Counted from the stretch's first letter, positions 19,984-30,220 are shown. The stretch: DNA of 64,000 bases from Christensenellales bacterium (GCA_050942895.1 JBMNOE010000002.1:130710-194709); one strand, 5' to 3'. Notes: generated by a model from the letters alone, not told the origin. Numbers and translations: made by a program.

Positions 19984-20523
19984 ATGCGTTATTTTCGCAA
20001 AATCCCCGGAGAGCGGCTATATCTCTCTCCGCTTGACGTCGACGACACGGGAATCCATACCAGATGGGCGGAATGGATGAACGATAAAACCGTCGCCGAA
20101 CACTATGGCGGCCATCACAATCTCGTAACGCTGTCGAGCGCAAAAAAGACTCTTGAGGAGCTAAAGGGATACCGTTTCGCCATAATACTCCTTGACGGCG
20201 ACGTATTGATCGGCCACATCAGCCTGCACGACATCGACCACCTCAACCGTAACGCCTTCCTTGGCATTTTTATCGGCGATGAGAAGCACCGGGGCAAGGG
20301 CTACGGCGGCGAGGCTGTCCGGTTGGTCCTCGATTACGGATTCAAAACGCTGAATCTTCACAGCATCATGCTTTCCGTCCACGCGGATAATTACGCCGGC
20401 ATTGCCTGCTATAAGAAGGTGGGTTTCCGGGAGGCCGGGCGGCGGCGCGAGTGGATATTCAAACACGGAAAGTACTTCGACAAGATTTACATGGACATAC
20501 TGGCGCACGAGTTTGGGGAGTAG
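19984..20523 (+). CDS. GNAT-family N-acetyltransferase.
   Basis: RimJ/RimL-like acetyltransferase fold motifs (HRGKGYGGEAVRLVLDYGF). Confidence 0.75.
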   Translation: MRYFRKIPGERLYLSPLDVDDTGIHTRWAEWMNDKTVAEHYGGHHNLVTLSSAKKTLEELKGYRFAIILLDGDVLIGHISLHDIDHLNRNAFLGIFIGDEKHRGKGYGGEAVRLVLDYGFKTLNLHSIMLSVHADNYAGIACYKKVGFREAGRRREWIFKHGKYFDKIYMDILAHEFGE

Positions 20524-20561
20524 GAAATTGCTCCCACTCCCCGTTTTTATTTTTTCTGCTT

Positions 20562-21485
20562 TTAATCCCCCATCAGCGTCACTAAAACCGCCTTCTGGGC
20601 ATGGAGCCTGTTCTCCGCTTCCTCGAAGATCTCTCCGGCGTGGGCCTCGAACATCTCCGCGCTGATCTCCTCGCCCCTGTGGGCAGGCAGACAGTGCTGT
20701 ACGATAGCGCCCGCATTGGCGACCGACATCAGCTTTTCGTCCACTATATAGCCCTCGAAGGCGATTTTGCGTCTTTCCGTCTCCGCCTCCTGCCCCATGG
20801 ACGTCCAAACGTCCGTCACCACCACGTCGGCGCCCTCTGCGGCATCCAGCGGTTTGTCTGTCAGCAGGAAGTTTTCCCCGCATTCCTTAGCGAATTTCAG
20901 CACTATCTCCGCCGGCTCATAGCCCTTAGGCGAGGCGCAGGCCACCTTCATGCCCATTTTCAGCCCGCCGATAATAAGGCTGTTGGCCATATTATTTCCA
21001 TCGCCGATAAAGCACAGCTTTTTCCCATCAAGGCTCTTTAGATATTCTCTCATCGTCATCAGATCCGCCAGCACCTGGCAGGGATGAAAAAGATCCGTCA
21101 GGCCGTTTATCACCGGTATGCTGCCATGTTTCGCCAGCTTTTCCACCAGCTCCTGGTCGAAGGTGCGTATCATTATGCCGTCGATATATCTGGAAAGCAC
21201 CCGGGCGGTGTCCTCCACAGGCTCGCCCCGGCCCATCTGCAGTTCCTTGCCGTTCAAATGAAGCGCATGGCCGCCAAGCTGATACATGCCCGCCTCGAAG
21301 GACACCCGCGTTCTGGTGGACGATTTATCAAATATCATGCCCAGGGTCTTTCCCTTGAGATGTTGATGCTCCCTGCCGGCCTTCTTATCGGCCTTCAAAA
21401 TGTCTGCAAGGCCCAAAATCTGCGTTATTTCTTCCTTGGAGTAATCCAGCAATGTCAAAAGATGCTTATTTTTCGTTTCTTTCAT
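20562..21485 (-). CDS. argF: Ornithine carbamoyltransferase.
   Basis: STRTR carbamoyl-phosphate motif, and HCLP and DxxxSMG motifs. RBS at the internal Met. Confidence 0.9.
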   Translation of the reverse strand: MKETKNKHLLTLLDYSKEEITQILGLADILKADKKAGREHQHLKGKTLGMIFDKSSTRTRVSFEAGMYQLGGHALHLNGKELQMGRGEPVEDTARVLSRYIDGIMIRTFDQELVEKLAKHGSIPVINGLTDLFHPCQVLADLMTMREYLKSLDGKKLCFIGDGNNMANSLIIGGLKMGMKVACASPKGYEPAEIVLKFAKECGENFLLTDKPLDAAEGADVVVTDVWTSMGQEAETERRKIAFEGYIVDEKLMSVANAGAIVQHCLPAHRGEEISAEMFEAHAGEIFEEAENRLHAQKAVLVTLMGD

Positions 21486-21617
21486 TTTTCCTCTCCTGTT
21501 TGGCAAATATGTGAAAGGCTCGGTGATCCTGAAAGGCCGCGTGGGAGGAAAAGCTCCTTGCCGGAAGGCAAGGGGTTTTCCGTGGGTGGGTGGGGCCCCC
21601 AGGCGATGTTAAAACAG

Positions 21618-22802
21618 TCAATCCTGTTGAAGGGCCTTTGAAAGCGCCGCAAGCCCCTTGTCTATCTCATCGTATGTTATCGTCAGCGGAGGCAATAGCC
21701 TCACCTTCGCCTTTGCCGTCAGCAACAGCACCCCATAGCCGATTCCTCTGTTCACAACATCCGCCGCCGTCGCCGCAAAATCCTCATCCAGCTCCACGCC
21801 GATCATAAGGCCCATGCCTGAAACAGTCTTCACATTCCTCATACCTTTTATCTTCCGGGAAATATATGCGCCCTTTTCCTTCACTTCAGCCAAAAACTCA
21901 TCGTCCATTCTGGAAAGCACCTGCACAGCACCGGCGCAGGCGATGGGATTTCCTCCAAAAGTGGTAGCATGATCCCCCGCCGTCAGCGCGCCCTTCGCCT
22001 TTTCGTTAAACAAAACCGCCCCCAAAGGCAGCCCGCCGCCGATTCCCTTTGCCGAAGTCACGATATCCGGGCTTATTCCCGCCTGCATGAAGCAAAAAAG
22101 ACTCCCCGTTCTTCCTGCGCCGGTCTGCACCTCGTCAATTATCAGCAGTATATCCCGCTTTGAGCATTCATCCGCAAGGGCCTTCACAAAATCATCCGCA
22201 AGAGGCAAAACGCCGCCCTCGCCCTGGATCAGCTCTACCATCACCGCGCAGACGCTACCATCCATCTTCGCTTTCACATCATCGATATCATTCGCATCCG
22301 CAAATATAAACCCTTCGGTGAATGGAAAAAAGTAATTATGGAAAACATCCTGTCCGGTGGCGGAAAGGGTTGTCACAGTCCTGCCATGGAAGGAGTTGTT
22401 AAGGGAAATCACATTGCTCCTGCCCCCGCCATACTTCATGAAGCTATACTTTCTTGCCGCCTTGATTGCGCCCTCATTTGCCTCGGCGCCGCTGTTGCAG
22501 AAGAAAACCTTGCTCATCCCCGTCTTTTCGCAAAGGATCTGCGCCGCATCGATGCATGGCTTTGTGTAGTAAAGGTTTGACATATGCTGAACCTTGCCCA
22601 ACTGGTCAGTGATCGCCTTCTGCCAGCTTTCATCGGCAAAACCCAGGCTGTTCACGCCGATTCCGCTGGTGAAGTCGATGTATTCATTGCCGTCAAAGTC
22701 CCAAAGCGTGGCGTTTTTACCGTGGGATACCGCCACCGGAAAACGGTTATATGTGTGCAGCACATATTGATCATCCCGCTTTTTTATCGAATCAAAAACC
22801 AT
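21618..22802 (-). CDS. argD: Acetylornithine aminotransferase. The alternative start at 22844 would overlap the argB stop.
   Basis: Class III PLP aminotransferase with the PLP Lys in the DIVTSAKGIGGG context. Sits in the arg cluster. Confidence 0.85.
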   Translation of the reverse strand: MVFDSIKKRDDQYVLHTYNRFPVAVSHGKNATLWDFDGNEYIDFTSGIGVNSLGFADESWQKAITDQLGKVQHMSNLYYTKPCIDAAQILCEKTGMSKVFFCNSGAEANEGAIKAARKYSFMKYGGGRSNVISLNNSFHGRTVTTLSATGQDVFHNYFFPFTEGFIFADANDIDDVKAKMDGSVCAVMVELIQGEGGVLPLADDFVKALADECSKRDILLIIDEVQTGAGRTGSLFCFMQAGISPDIVTSAKGIGGGLPLGAVLFNEKAKGALTAGDHATTFGGNPIACAGAVQVLSRMDDEFLAEVKEKGAYISRKIKGMRNVKTVSGMGLMIGVELDEDFAATAADVVNRGIGYGVLLLTAKAKVRLLPPLTITYDEIDKGLAALSKALQQD

Positions 22803-22840
22803 CTTTTCTCCTCCTTTGCCCGCTTGCCTTTTAAATATAA

Positions 22841-23710
22841 TCACAGAGTTATCATCGTGCCGATGCCCTCGTTTGAAAACATCTCTATCAATATCGAGTG
22901 GGGCACCCGGCCGTCGATCATGACCGCCTTTTTTACGCCCTCGCGCAAAGCCTTTTCAAGGCCCTTCACCTTTGGGATCATCCCTCCGCTTATAACGCCG
23001 CTTTCGATAAGCCCTTTAAGCTCGCTCACCTTCACCGAGGGAATAAGCGTCTTTTCATCCCTTATATCCCTCATCAGCCCCCTTATATCCGTTAAGGTGA
23101 TTATGTTCTCCGCCTTCAGCGCCGAGGCGATCTCCGTGGCGGCGGTGTCGGCGTTTATGTTATACGCGCTTCCCCCGCAGCCTGCCCCAACCGTTGCAAT
23201 TACTGGTATATAGCCGTTTTTAAGGGCATTTTCTATCACATCTGTTTCTATGCTTGTGATATCGCCCACAAAACCCAGGTCATTTTCGCCTTCCAGCTTT
23301 TTTGCCTTTATCATGCCGCCGTCGATGCCGCAAAGGCCCACAGCCTTGCCCCCCAGCCTTCCTATGAGCGAAACAAGGTCCTTGTTGGTCTTGCCGGAAA
23401 GCACCATCTGGACGACTTCCATCGTCTTTTCATCGGTGTAGCGCAGCCCGTCTATGAACTTGGATTCGATCCCCAGCCGGTTTAGCATTCCGCTTATCTC
23501 CGGACCGCCGCCGTGCACCAGCACAACTTTTATCCCCACCAGTGAAAGCAGCACTATGTCGCTCATCACCGCTTCCTTAAGCTCGTCATTCACCATGGCA
23601 TTGCCGCCGTATTTGACCACGACCACCTTCCCCGCATATTTTTGTATATAGGGCAGGGCTGCAGTCAGCACCTGTGCGCGGATATCGTCGCCTATATGGA
23701 TAAAGTTCAT
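22841..23710 (-). CDS. argB: Acetylglutamate kinase.
   Basis: Amino-acid kinase family with VVVVKYGGNAM and VLVHGGGP motifs. Confidence 0.9.
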   Translation of the reverse strand: MNFIHIGDDIRAQVLTAALPYIQKYAGKVVVVKYGGNAMVNDELKEAVMSDIVLLSLVGIKVVLVHGGGPEISGMLNRLGIESKFIDGLRYTDEKTMEVVQMVLSGKTNKDLVSLIGRLGGKAVGLCGIDGGMIKAKKLEGENDLGFVGDITSIETDVIENALKNGYIPVIATVGAGCGGSAYNINADTAATEIASALKAENIITLTDIRGLMRDIRDEKTLIPSVKVSELKGLIESGVISGGMIPKVKGLEKALREGVKKAVMIDGRVPHSILIEMFSNEGIGTMITL

Positions 23711-23726
23711 TGCATCTCCTCCGTTT

Positions 23727-24968
23727 TTATGTCCTGTAATCGCCGTTTATCTTGACATAATCATATGTAAGGTCGCAGCCCCATGCGGTGGCAGAGCCTT
23801 CTCCTTGGCCCATGTCGATGTCTATCCTTATTTCCTTCGCGGCCAGCACATCCGCGGCCTTTTCCTCGCTGAAGGGAACGCCCGCGCCGTTTTTGCAGAC
23901 ATCTACCTTCCCGCCCTCAGACGAAAGGGCGACGCTGATTTTATCCACAGCGAAATCCCCCGGAGTGTAGCCGATGGCGCAGAGTATGCGCCCCCAGTTG
24001 GCGTCCTGGCCGAACATGGCGGTTTTCACAAGACTGGATGTTATGACCGACTTTGAAATATCCACCGCCAGCTGCTTTGAAGGCGCGTTATTAACTGCGC
24101 ACTCCAGCAGCTTTGTCGCCCCCTCGCCATCCGCGGCGATCATCATCGACAGCGCCTTTGAGGCCTCGAACAGCATCTCCTTAAAGGCTTCAAAATCCTC
24201 GCCCTCATTTTCGATCAAAGGGTTTTCAGCAAGGCCGCTGGCCATTATAGACACCATATCATTTGTAGATGTGTCGCCGTCCACGCTGATCATGTTAAAG
24301 GTGTCGCCGGCCACCTGGGACAGCGCCTTTTGCAGCATTTTGGGCGCTATGTTCACATCGCTGGTGATGAAGCAGAGCATCGTCGCCATGTTGGGGTGAA
24401 TCATCCCCGAACCCTTTGCCATGGCCCCCAGCTTCACGGTTTTCCCGCCGATCTGCCGGCTTAAGGCGATTTCCTTGGGCGAAAGGTCTGTGGTCATTAT
24501 GGCCATTGCAGCGTCCGTTGCGCCGCCATCACTCAAATTTCCCTTGAGCATTTCAATTCCCTTTTCGATGGGGCTTATGTCAAGGCTCTGGCCGATCACG
24601 CCCGTGGAAGCGACGATTATATCGCCGGGGGCTATGCCGAAAGCCTTGGCGGTCATATCGCACATGGCCTGGGCCTTTTCGATGCCGTCGGCGTTGCAGG
24701 TGTTGGCATTGCCGCTGTTGCATATGACGGCTTTCGCCCTTCCGTCACTTATGTTCTGCCTGGTCACGGTTATCGGCGCGCCGTAGACTTTGTTTTGTGT
24801 GTAAACAGCAGCCGCAGCGCAGTCAACTTTGCTTAAGATAACCGCCAGATCCTTCTTCTGCTGGTTTTTGCGGATTCCGCAGTGGACGCCTCCTGCCAAA
24901 AATCCCTTTGGCCCGCAGACCCCGCCGTTTATTTTCTCAATATTCTTCATATCATCCTTCTCCGTCAT
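23727..24968 (-). CDS. argJ: Bifunctional ornithine acetyltransferase / N-acetylglutamate synthase ArgJ.
   Basis: The ATML autoprocessing site is present (MATMLCFITSD). The start ATG overlaps the argC stop (ATGA). Confidence 0.9.
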   Translation of the reverse strand: MTEKDDMKNIEKINGGVCGPKGFLAGGVHCGIRKNQQKKDLAVILSKVDCAAAAVYTQNKVYGAPITVTRQNISDGRAKAVICNSGNANTCNADGIEKAQAMCDMTAKAFGIAPGDIIVASTGVIGQSLDISPIEKGIEMLKGNLSDGGATDAAMAIMTTDLSPKEIALSRQIGGKTVKLGAMAKGSGMIHPNMATMLCFITSDVNIAPKMLQKALSQVAGDTFNMISVDGDTSTNDMVSIMASGLAENPLIENEGEDFEAFKEMLFEASKALSMMIAADGEGATKLLECAVNNAPSKQLAVDISKSVITSSLVKTAMFGQDANWGRILCAIGYTPGDFAVDKISVALSSEGGKVDVCKNGAGVPFSEEKAADVLAAKEIRIDIDMGQGEGSATAWGCDLTYDYVKINGDYRT

Positions 24969-25903
24969 ATCAGAGATTTATATTCATCAATTCCCAGGGC
25001 GATATTCATGCACTGCACCGCCGCCCCGGAAGCGCCCTTGCCCAGATTGTCAAGCACGCTTATGAGTGTCATCTGCTCAGCATTGCCGCAGACATATATC
25101 TTCATCCGACATGTGCCCTCGATCTCGTTTGCCGCGATAAAGCCTCCACCATTGCCCTCATGCACCGATATCAGCCCATGCCCGGCGTAGCGGCCGGAAA
25201 AAACGTCCAGCATCTCCGCCAGAGATGGTTTTTTCTGCATCAGCGAAACATGCAGCGGCACGCTCACCGCCATGCCGCTGAAAAAGTCGCAGACGATGGG
25301 GTTAAAAAGGGGTTTTTGCGAAATTCCAGTCACATGCTTCATCTCCGGCAGATGCTTGTGGGCAAGGGTCAGGCCGTACTGCCTGGGGCTTTTCAGCAGC
25401 GGGCTGCGGGCTTCGTCCTCATACTCGGCGATCATCTTCTTGCCGCCGCCGCTGTAGCCTGTGATGCTGTGGCACACCAGCGGATAGTCCCCCGCGATAT
25501 AGCCCAGCTTCACCAATGGGTACACCAAGGCGCTGAAGCCCGTGGCATGGCAGCCGGGGACAGCTATCCTCTTTGAGGAGGCGATCTTCTCCCGATGGGC
25601 CTTTGAAAGCTCCGGGAAGCCGTAGGCCCAGCCGTCGCTGGTCCTGTGGGCGGTGGAAGCGTCGATTATTATCACATCTTCATTTTCCACCAGGCTCACA
25701 GATTCCTTTGCCGCGTCATCCGGCAGGCAGAGGAACACCGCATCAGCGCTGTTTATAAGCCTTTTGCGCTCGGAAACATCCCTGCGCTTATCCTCGTCGA
25801 TCAAAATCAGCTCTATATCTTCCCGGGGCTGGAGCCTTTCGCGCAGCTTAAGACCCGTAGTCCCTTCCTGCCCGTCGATAAAAACCCTGTACTTTTTCAA
25901 CAT
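24965..25903 (-). CDS. argC: N-acetyl-gamma-glutamyl-phosphate reductase, short-type ArgC.
   Basis: Semialdehyde-dehydrogenase fold with the catalytic Cys in VPGCHATG. Confidence 0.85.
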   Translation of the reverse strand: MLKKYRVFIDGQEGTTGLKLRERLQPREDIELILIDEDKRRDVSERKRLINSADAVFLCLPDDAAKESVSLVENEDVIIIDASTAHRTSDGWAYGFPELSKAHREKIASSKRIAVPGCHATGFSALVYPLVKLGYIAGDYPLVCHSITGYSGGGKKMIAEYEDEARSPLLKSPRQYGLTLAHKHLPEMKHVTGISQKPLFNPIVCDFFSGMAVSVPLHVSLMQKKPSLAEMLDVFSGRYAGHGLISVHEGNGGGFIAANEIEGTCRMKIYVCGNAEQMTLISVLDNLGKGASGAAVQCMNIALGIDEYKSLI

Positions 25904-25916
25904 TTTCGCTCCTCCC

Positions 25917-27320
25917 CTATTTTTTCATATCTTCAAGATTTTTTCTTGCCTGTTTTATCTGCTCCGCCACCATTTCGGGCGCAGGCCCTCCCTGAACTCC
26001 CCGCTGGCGGACGCATTCCATCAGCGAAATGGCGGCAAATATATCTTCTTCAAAAAGAGGGCTGGCTTTTTTATATTCGCCCATCGGCAGCGTTTCAAGG
26101 GTAAGCCCTTTTTCTATGCAAAGGTTCACCAAAGCGCCGGTGATAGCGTAGGCATCCCTGAAGGCCATGCCCTTTTTCACAAGGTAATCGGCGCAGTCAG
26201 TGGCGTTGATGAAGCCCTCCGCAGCGGCCTTCGCCATGTTTTGCGGGTAAAAAGAAGCTTCCCTCAGCATGGGCGCCAACACGTCCAGGCAGATAAGCGC
26301 CGTGTCCACCGCGTCGAATATGGCTTCCTTGTCCTCCTGCATGTCCTTGTTGTAGGTCATGGGCAGGCCCTTCATCATTGTGAGCAGCGTCACATTGCTT
26401 CCAAAAACTCTGGCGGCCTTGCCGCGGATCAGCTCTGCGCCGTCGGGGTTTTTCTTCTGGGGCATTATGGACGAGCCCGTTGAAAAGCCGTCCGAAAGGC
26501 CCATGAAGCGGAACTCCAAGCTGCACCAGAGGATTATATCCTCCGCCAGACGGGACATGTGCATGGCCAAAATGGAAAGACAGGAGCAAAGCTCGATCAC
26601 AAAATCCCTGTCGCTGACGGCGTCCATGCTGTTTTGCGTGACGCCGTTAAAGCCCAGCTTATCGCAGACTGACTGCCTGTCTATTGGGTAGGTGGTTCCC
26701 GCCAGAGCGCCGCTGCCAAGGGGCATTGTAAGAGTCCGCTTTTTGCAGTCGGCAAGCCTTTCAATATCCCGCAGGAACATCCAGGCATAGGCCATCAGGT
26801 GGTGGGCAAGGGTTACCGGCTGGCCCCTTTGCAGGTGGGTGTAGCCGGGCATCACCGTTTCCAGATGCATTTGCGAAACATCACAGAGGGCCGACACCGC
26901 TTCCCCGGCCGCGGAGCTTATCTCGTCCATCCGCTCAGCCAGGTACATCCGTATGTCCAGCGCCACCTGATCATTCCTGCTTCTGGCTGTGTGCAGCCTT
27001 TTGCCGGCGGTGCCGATTCGCTGAGTCAGCGCCTGTTCCACGAATGTGTGTATGTCCTCGGCGGACATGTCGATCTCAAGGCTGCCGTTCATTATATCCG
27101 TCAAAATCCCTTCAAGCCCGCTCACTATGGCCTTGCTTTCTTCACGGGGAATTATACCCGTTTCCCCCAGCATACGGGCATGGGCGACGGAGCCCAAAAT
27201 ATCCTGCTTAAACATCCTCTTGTCAAAGCTGATGGATGAATTAAGCTCATTCAGCCTTCCGTCCACATCTCCCGCCAGCCGCCCGAACCATAGCTTCTTA
27301 TTTTCCGCCTTTTCCGCCAT
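25917..27320 (-). CDS. argH: Argininosuccinate lyase.
   Basis: Fumarate-lyase family with a GSSIMPQKKNPD signature. Confidence 0.9.
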   Translation of the reverse strand: MAEKAENKKLWFGRLAGDVDGRLNELNSSISFDKRMFKQDILGSVAHARMLGETGIIPREESKAIVSGLEGILTDIMNGSLEIDMSAEDIHTFVEQALTQRIGTAGKRLHTARSRNDQVALDIRMYLAERMDEISSAAGEAVSALCDVSQMHLETVMPGYTHLQRGQPVTLAHHLMAYAWMFLRDIERLADCKKRTLTMPLGSGALAGTTYPIDRQSVCDKLGFNGVTQNSMDAVSDRDFVIELCSCLSILAMHMSRLAEDIILWCSLEFRFMGLSDGFSTGSSIMPQKKNPDGAELIRGKAARVFGSNVTLLTMMKGLPMTYNKDMQEDKEAIFDAVDTALICLDVLAPMLREASFYPQNMAKAAAEGFINATDCADYLVKKGMAFRDAYAITGALVNLCIEKGLTLETLPMGEYKKASPLFEEDIFAAISLMECVRQRGVQGGPAPEMVAEQIKQARKNLEDMKK

Positions 27321-27342
27321 TTCCCTCTCCTTGAAAATCCAT

Positions 27343-28569
27343 CTACTTGCTCGTCTTTTCGTCCAGCAACGCCTTTATCTTTATTGGCAGGCCGTAAAGG
27401 CTGATAAAGCCCTTGCTGTCCATCTGGTCGAAAACCTCGTCCTCGCCGAAGGTGGCGATGTCCTCATCATAAAGAGAATAGGGGCTGGTCATGCCCGCAC
27501 CGATGATATTGCCCTTGTAAAGCTTTAGCTTCACACTGCCGGTCACCGTCTTTTGGGTCTCGTCCACAAAGGCGGAAAGAGCTTCCCTAAGGGGCGTGTA
27601 CCAAAGGCCGTTGTAAACCAGGTCTGCAAACTCCAGCGCCATCTTCTGCTTATAGTGAAGGGTGGCTTTGTCCAGGCAGAGCTGCTCCAGCATCTCATGG
27701 GCCTGGTAGAGGATGGTGCCGCCCGGAGTCTCGTAAACGCCCCTGCTCTTCATGCCCACCAGCCTGTTTTCCACCATGTCCAAAATGCCCACGCCATGCT
27801 TGCCGCCGATTTCATTCAGCTTTTTAATCAGCTCGACGCCGCCCAGCTTTTCGCCGCCCACCGCCACAGGCACGCCCTTTTCAAAGTCCACGCAGATATA
27901 TTCCGCCTTGTCGGGGGCTTCTTCGGGGGTGACGCACATCTCCATGTTGCCGTCGTACTTCGGCTCGTTGGCTGGGTCTTCAAGCTCCAGCCCCTCATGG
28001 GAAAGATGCCAGAGATTTTTATCCTTGGAGTAGTTCGTCTCACGGGTGATGTTAAGGGGCACATTGTGCTTTTCTGCGTAGTCGATCTCGTCATCCCTGC
28101 TCTTAAGCTCCCACACCCTCCACGGGGCGATGACGGGCATGTTGGGCGCGAAGGCCTTTATGGCCAGCTCAAAGCGGACCTGGTCATTGCCCTTTCCGGT
28201 GCAGCCGTGGGCGATGGCGTCGGCGTTTTCCTTCTTGGCGATCTCCGTTATCCTCTTGGCGATTATGGGCCTCGCAAAGGCTGTCCCCAACAGGTATTTG
28301 TTCTCATAAACCGCGCCGGCCTTCAGCGTGGGGAAAATGTATTCGTCCACGAATTCTTCCTGCAAATCCTCGATGTAGAGCTTGCTTGCGCCGGTCTTTT
28401 TTGCCTTTTCGTGCAGGCCCGAAAGCTCCTTGCCCTGACCCACATCCGCCGCCACGGCGATGATCTCGCAGCCTTCGTAGTTTTCTTTCAGCCATGGAAT
28501 GATTATCGACGTATCCAGCCCGCCGGAATACGCCAGCACTATCTTTTTATAATTGTTGTCTTTTTTCAT
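27343..28569 (-). CDS. argG: Argininosuccinate synthase.
   Basis: [10 protein letters not shown]-loop and ArgG signature regions. RBS before the internal Met. Confidence 0.9.
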   Translation of the reverse strand: MKKDNNYKKIVLAYSGGLDTSIIIPWLKENYEGCEIIAVAADVGQGKELSGLHEKAKKTGASKLYIEDLQEEFVDEYIFPTLKAGAVYENKYLLGTAFARPIIAKRITEIAKKENADAIAHGCTGKGNDQVRFELAIKAFAPNMPVIAPWRVWELKSRDDEIDYAEKHNVPLNITRETNYSKDKNLWHLSHEGLELEDPANEPKYDGNMEMCVTPEEAPDKAEYICVDFEKGVPVAVGGEKLGGVELIKKLNEIGGKHGVGILDMVENRLVGMKSRGVYETPGGTILYQAHEMLEQLCLDKATLHYKQKMALEFADLVYNGLWYTPLREALSAFVDETQKTVTGSVKLKLYKGNIIGAGMTSPYSLYDEDIATFGEDEVFDQMDSKGFISLYGLPIKIKALLDEKTSK

Positions 28570-28603
28570 CTCAGTTCCCCTCCGCAATTACATGCTATTG
28601 CAT

Positions 28604-28656
28604 ATTATACGCCTTTTATTCAGGTTGTCAACAGTTTTTTGTATAAATATTCAATA
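28604..28656 (-). promoter_or_regulatory. Candidate sigma-A promoter for the arg operon (TTGACA, 16 nt, TATAAT read on the minus strand). A single ARG-box-like site, ttgtataaatattcaata, lies just upstream.
   Basis: The -35 and -10 hexamers are exact. ArgR/AhrC consensus wnTGAATwwwwATTCAnw is matched with one mismatch. Confidence 0.4.
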
Positions 28657-28753
28657 AATATGTATTGTGAGCTAATCCCCCAAAAAGCACTTGCTTCCAA
28701 AAACTGCCTATGGCATAATTAAATTGTTCAATAAAACAAAGAAGGGATCCCCT

Positions 28754-29575
28754 ATGAAGAAGCCGGCTTTGCTGATTTTGCTGATTTTCGCCCTCCCCCT
28801 GATTTTTCCTTCTTCCTTGGCGCTTGCGGAAAACAGCTTGGAGGCCGACCTCGCCTCCTGGCTGTATGACTTTTACGGCTACAAACACAGGGTTTACGCC
28901 GGCGAAGAATTCAGTGAAACCGAGCTCACCAAATATTTTGACTTAAGTGATCCTGACTCCTATGATTTCTACGAACACGAAGTTTTAGTCATTTACAAGG
29001 AGATAAAAACTTTTCATCACTATGCCGTACAAGGCAAAAACATATTATGGTCAGACTACGACCATTCGGTTGTTGTAGGATCGGTTCGGGAGACGTCGGA
29101 AGGCCTTATTGCCGATGTTGAGCTGACTTTTTTGTTTGATTTATTCAACAGGGCCAATGAATATCCCCTTGGAGGAGTCCTTGAATACTCGCTTAAAATC
29201 GGCGAAAGCGCAACGGGTTTTTATCTAAAAGAAAAGGGTCTGAACGGATATTTCATGCCCGAAAGCGACATGGATTTTGCCATTCATGAATTTCGCGCCA
29301 ATCAAGGCGGTGAAACATACCGCTTTGATGAGATTTATTCAAAAATCATAGGATACAGCGATCCGTCCTCACTAAGCCCCGAACAGGACATGAAAATACG
29401 GTATCAGTTTCTTGAGGCGGAGGGTTTCATAAACTCTGCTGGCGTTTTGGGCTCAGCTTGCGCAGAATTCAGAAAGTCGGTGGAACTTTTGCCCTCAGGC
29501 GGAGCAAAGGCTTATAAATATGAAATAGCCGGTGGAGCAGGGGCAGCCGGACATATTGCTTATGCTGAAAAATAA
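28754..29575 (+). CDS. Secreted hypothetical protein with a signal peptide.
   Basis: MKKPALLILLIFALPLIFPSSLALA signal sequence, with an RBS upstream. No recognised domain. Confidence 0.6.
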   Translation: MKKPALLILLIFALPLIFPSSLALAENSLEADLASWLYDFYGYKHRVYAGEEFSETELTKYFDLSDPDSYDFYEHEVLVIYKEIKTFHHYAVQGKNILWSDYDHSVVVGSVRETSEGLIADVELTFLFDLFNRANEYPLGGVLEYSLKIGESATGFYLKEKGLNGYFMPESDMDFAIHEFRANQGGETYRFDEIYSKIIGYSDPSSLSPEQDMKIRYQFLEAEGFINSAGVLGSACAEFRKSVELLPSGGAKAYKYEIAGGAGAAGHIAYAEK

Positions 29576-29622
29576 GCCTTAAAAAACATCCCTTGCCTTC
29601 CCGAAAGCCGTTAGGGAAAATA

Positions 29623-29656
29623 AAAAGCCTTTCCTAAATAGGAAAGGCTTTTTATT
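29623..29656. terminator. Bidirectional Rho-independent terminator.
   Basis: aaagcctttcctaaataggaaaggcttt flanked by A and T runs. Confidence 0.7.
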
Positions 29657-29710
29657 TGTGGGTGGGCGGGCCCGCCGCCGATGCAAAAAACCCGCTCTGC
29701 GCTAACCAGA

Positions 29711-30220
29711 CTAATCAGCCTCTGAGCCAAGGCCGATGCGCTTCGTGGCGTATTCATAAGCGCCCCTGTAGTCCTCCATCTCCTTGCAGCAATCCTCCAG
29801 CGCAATGCACACCATATTCTTTTCTTCCACGGTCAAAGAATCGCTGTATATTTCCTCCAGCCTGCTTCTTGCTTCTTCAGCTTCACCCCGGGCGATGAGA
29901 ATATACCCCTGTATGCACACCGCCGCCGCCACAGCCGGGCTGCCTTCTTCTATCTTTTGCGCAAGGCGAAAAATCTTCTTGCCATATCCGCCGAAATCCT
30001 GCACCTTCTCCGGCAGCTTTTTCATGTCCTCATCGCTGACAAAATAGCCCATGGGCACTTCCAGCGCTTGAGCAATATGCTCCAAAGTCCTTATCGATGG
30101 CGTTGCGCTACCGTTTTCAATCTTTGAAAGCATGTTTCTTGTCATATAGCCTTCAACGACTTCGCTTTGAGTCATCTTCCTGTGAAGGCGCAATTCGCGT
30201 ATCTTCCCGCCAATGTTCAC
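29711..30220 (-). CDS. XRE-family HTH transcriptional regulator with a helical (TPR-like) C-terminal domain. A GTG start is assumed.
   Basis: HTH_3 motif IGGKIRELRLHRKMTQSEV...LSKIENG. Confidence 0.65.
   Translation of the reverse strand: MNIGGKIRELRLHRKMTQSEVVEGYMTRNMLSKIENGSATPSIRTLEHIAQALEVPMGYFVSDEDMKKLPEKVQDFGGYGKKIFRLAQKIEEGSPAVAAAVCIQGYILIARGEAEEARSRLEEIYSDSLTVEEKNMVCIALEDCCKEMEDYRGAYEYATKRIGLGSEAD

Noticed and set aside
19769-20143. 124-aa minus-strand ORF upstream of gyrB.
   Set aside because: It overlaps the start of the well-supported GNAT gene on the other strand, has an arginine-rich odd composition and has no RBS.
27553-28722. 389-aa plus-strand ORF.
   Set aside because: It is antisense to argG, whose frame carries the [10 protein letters not shown]-loop. 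It is an Arg/Gly/Leu-rich artefact frame.
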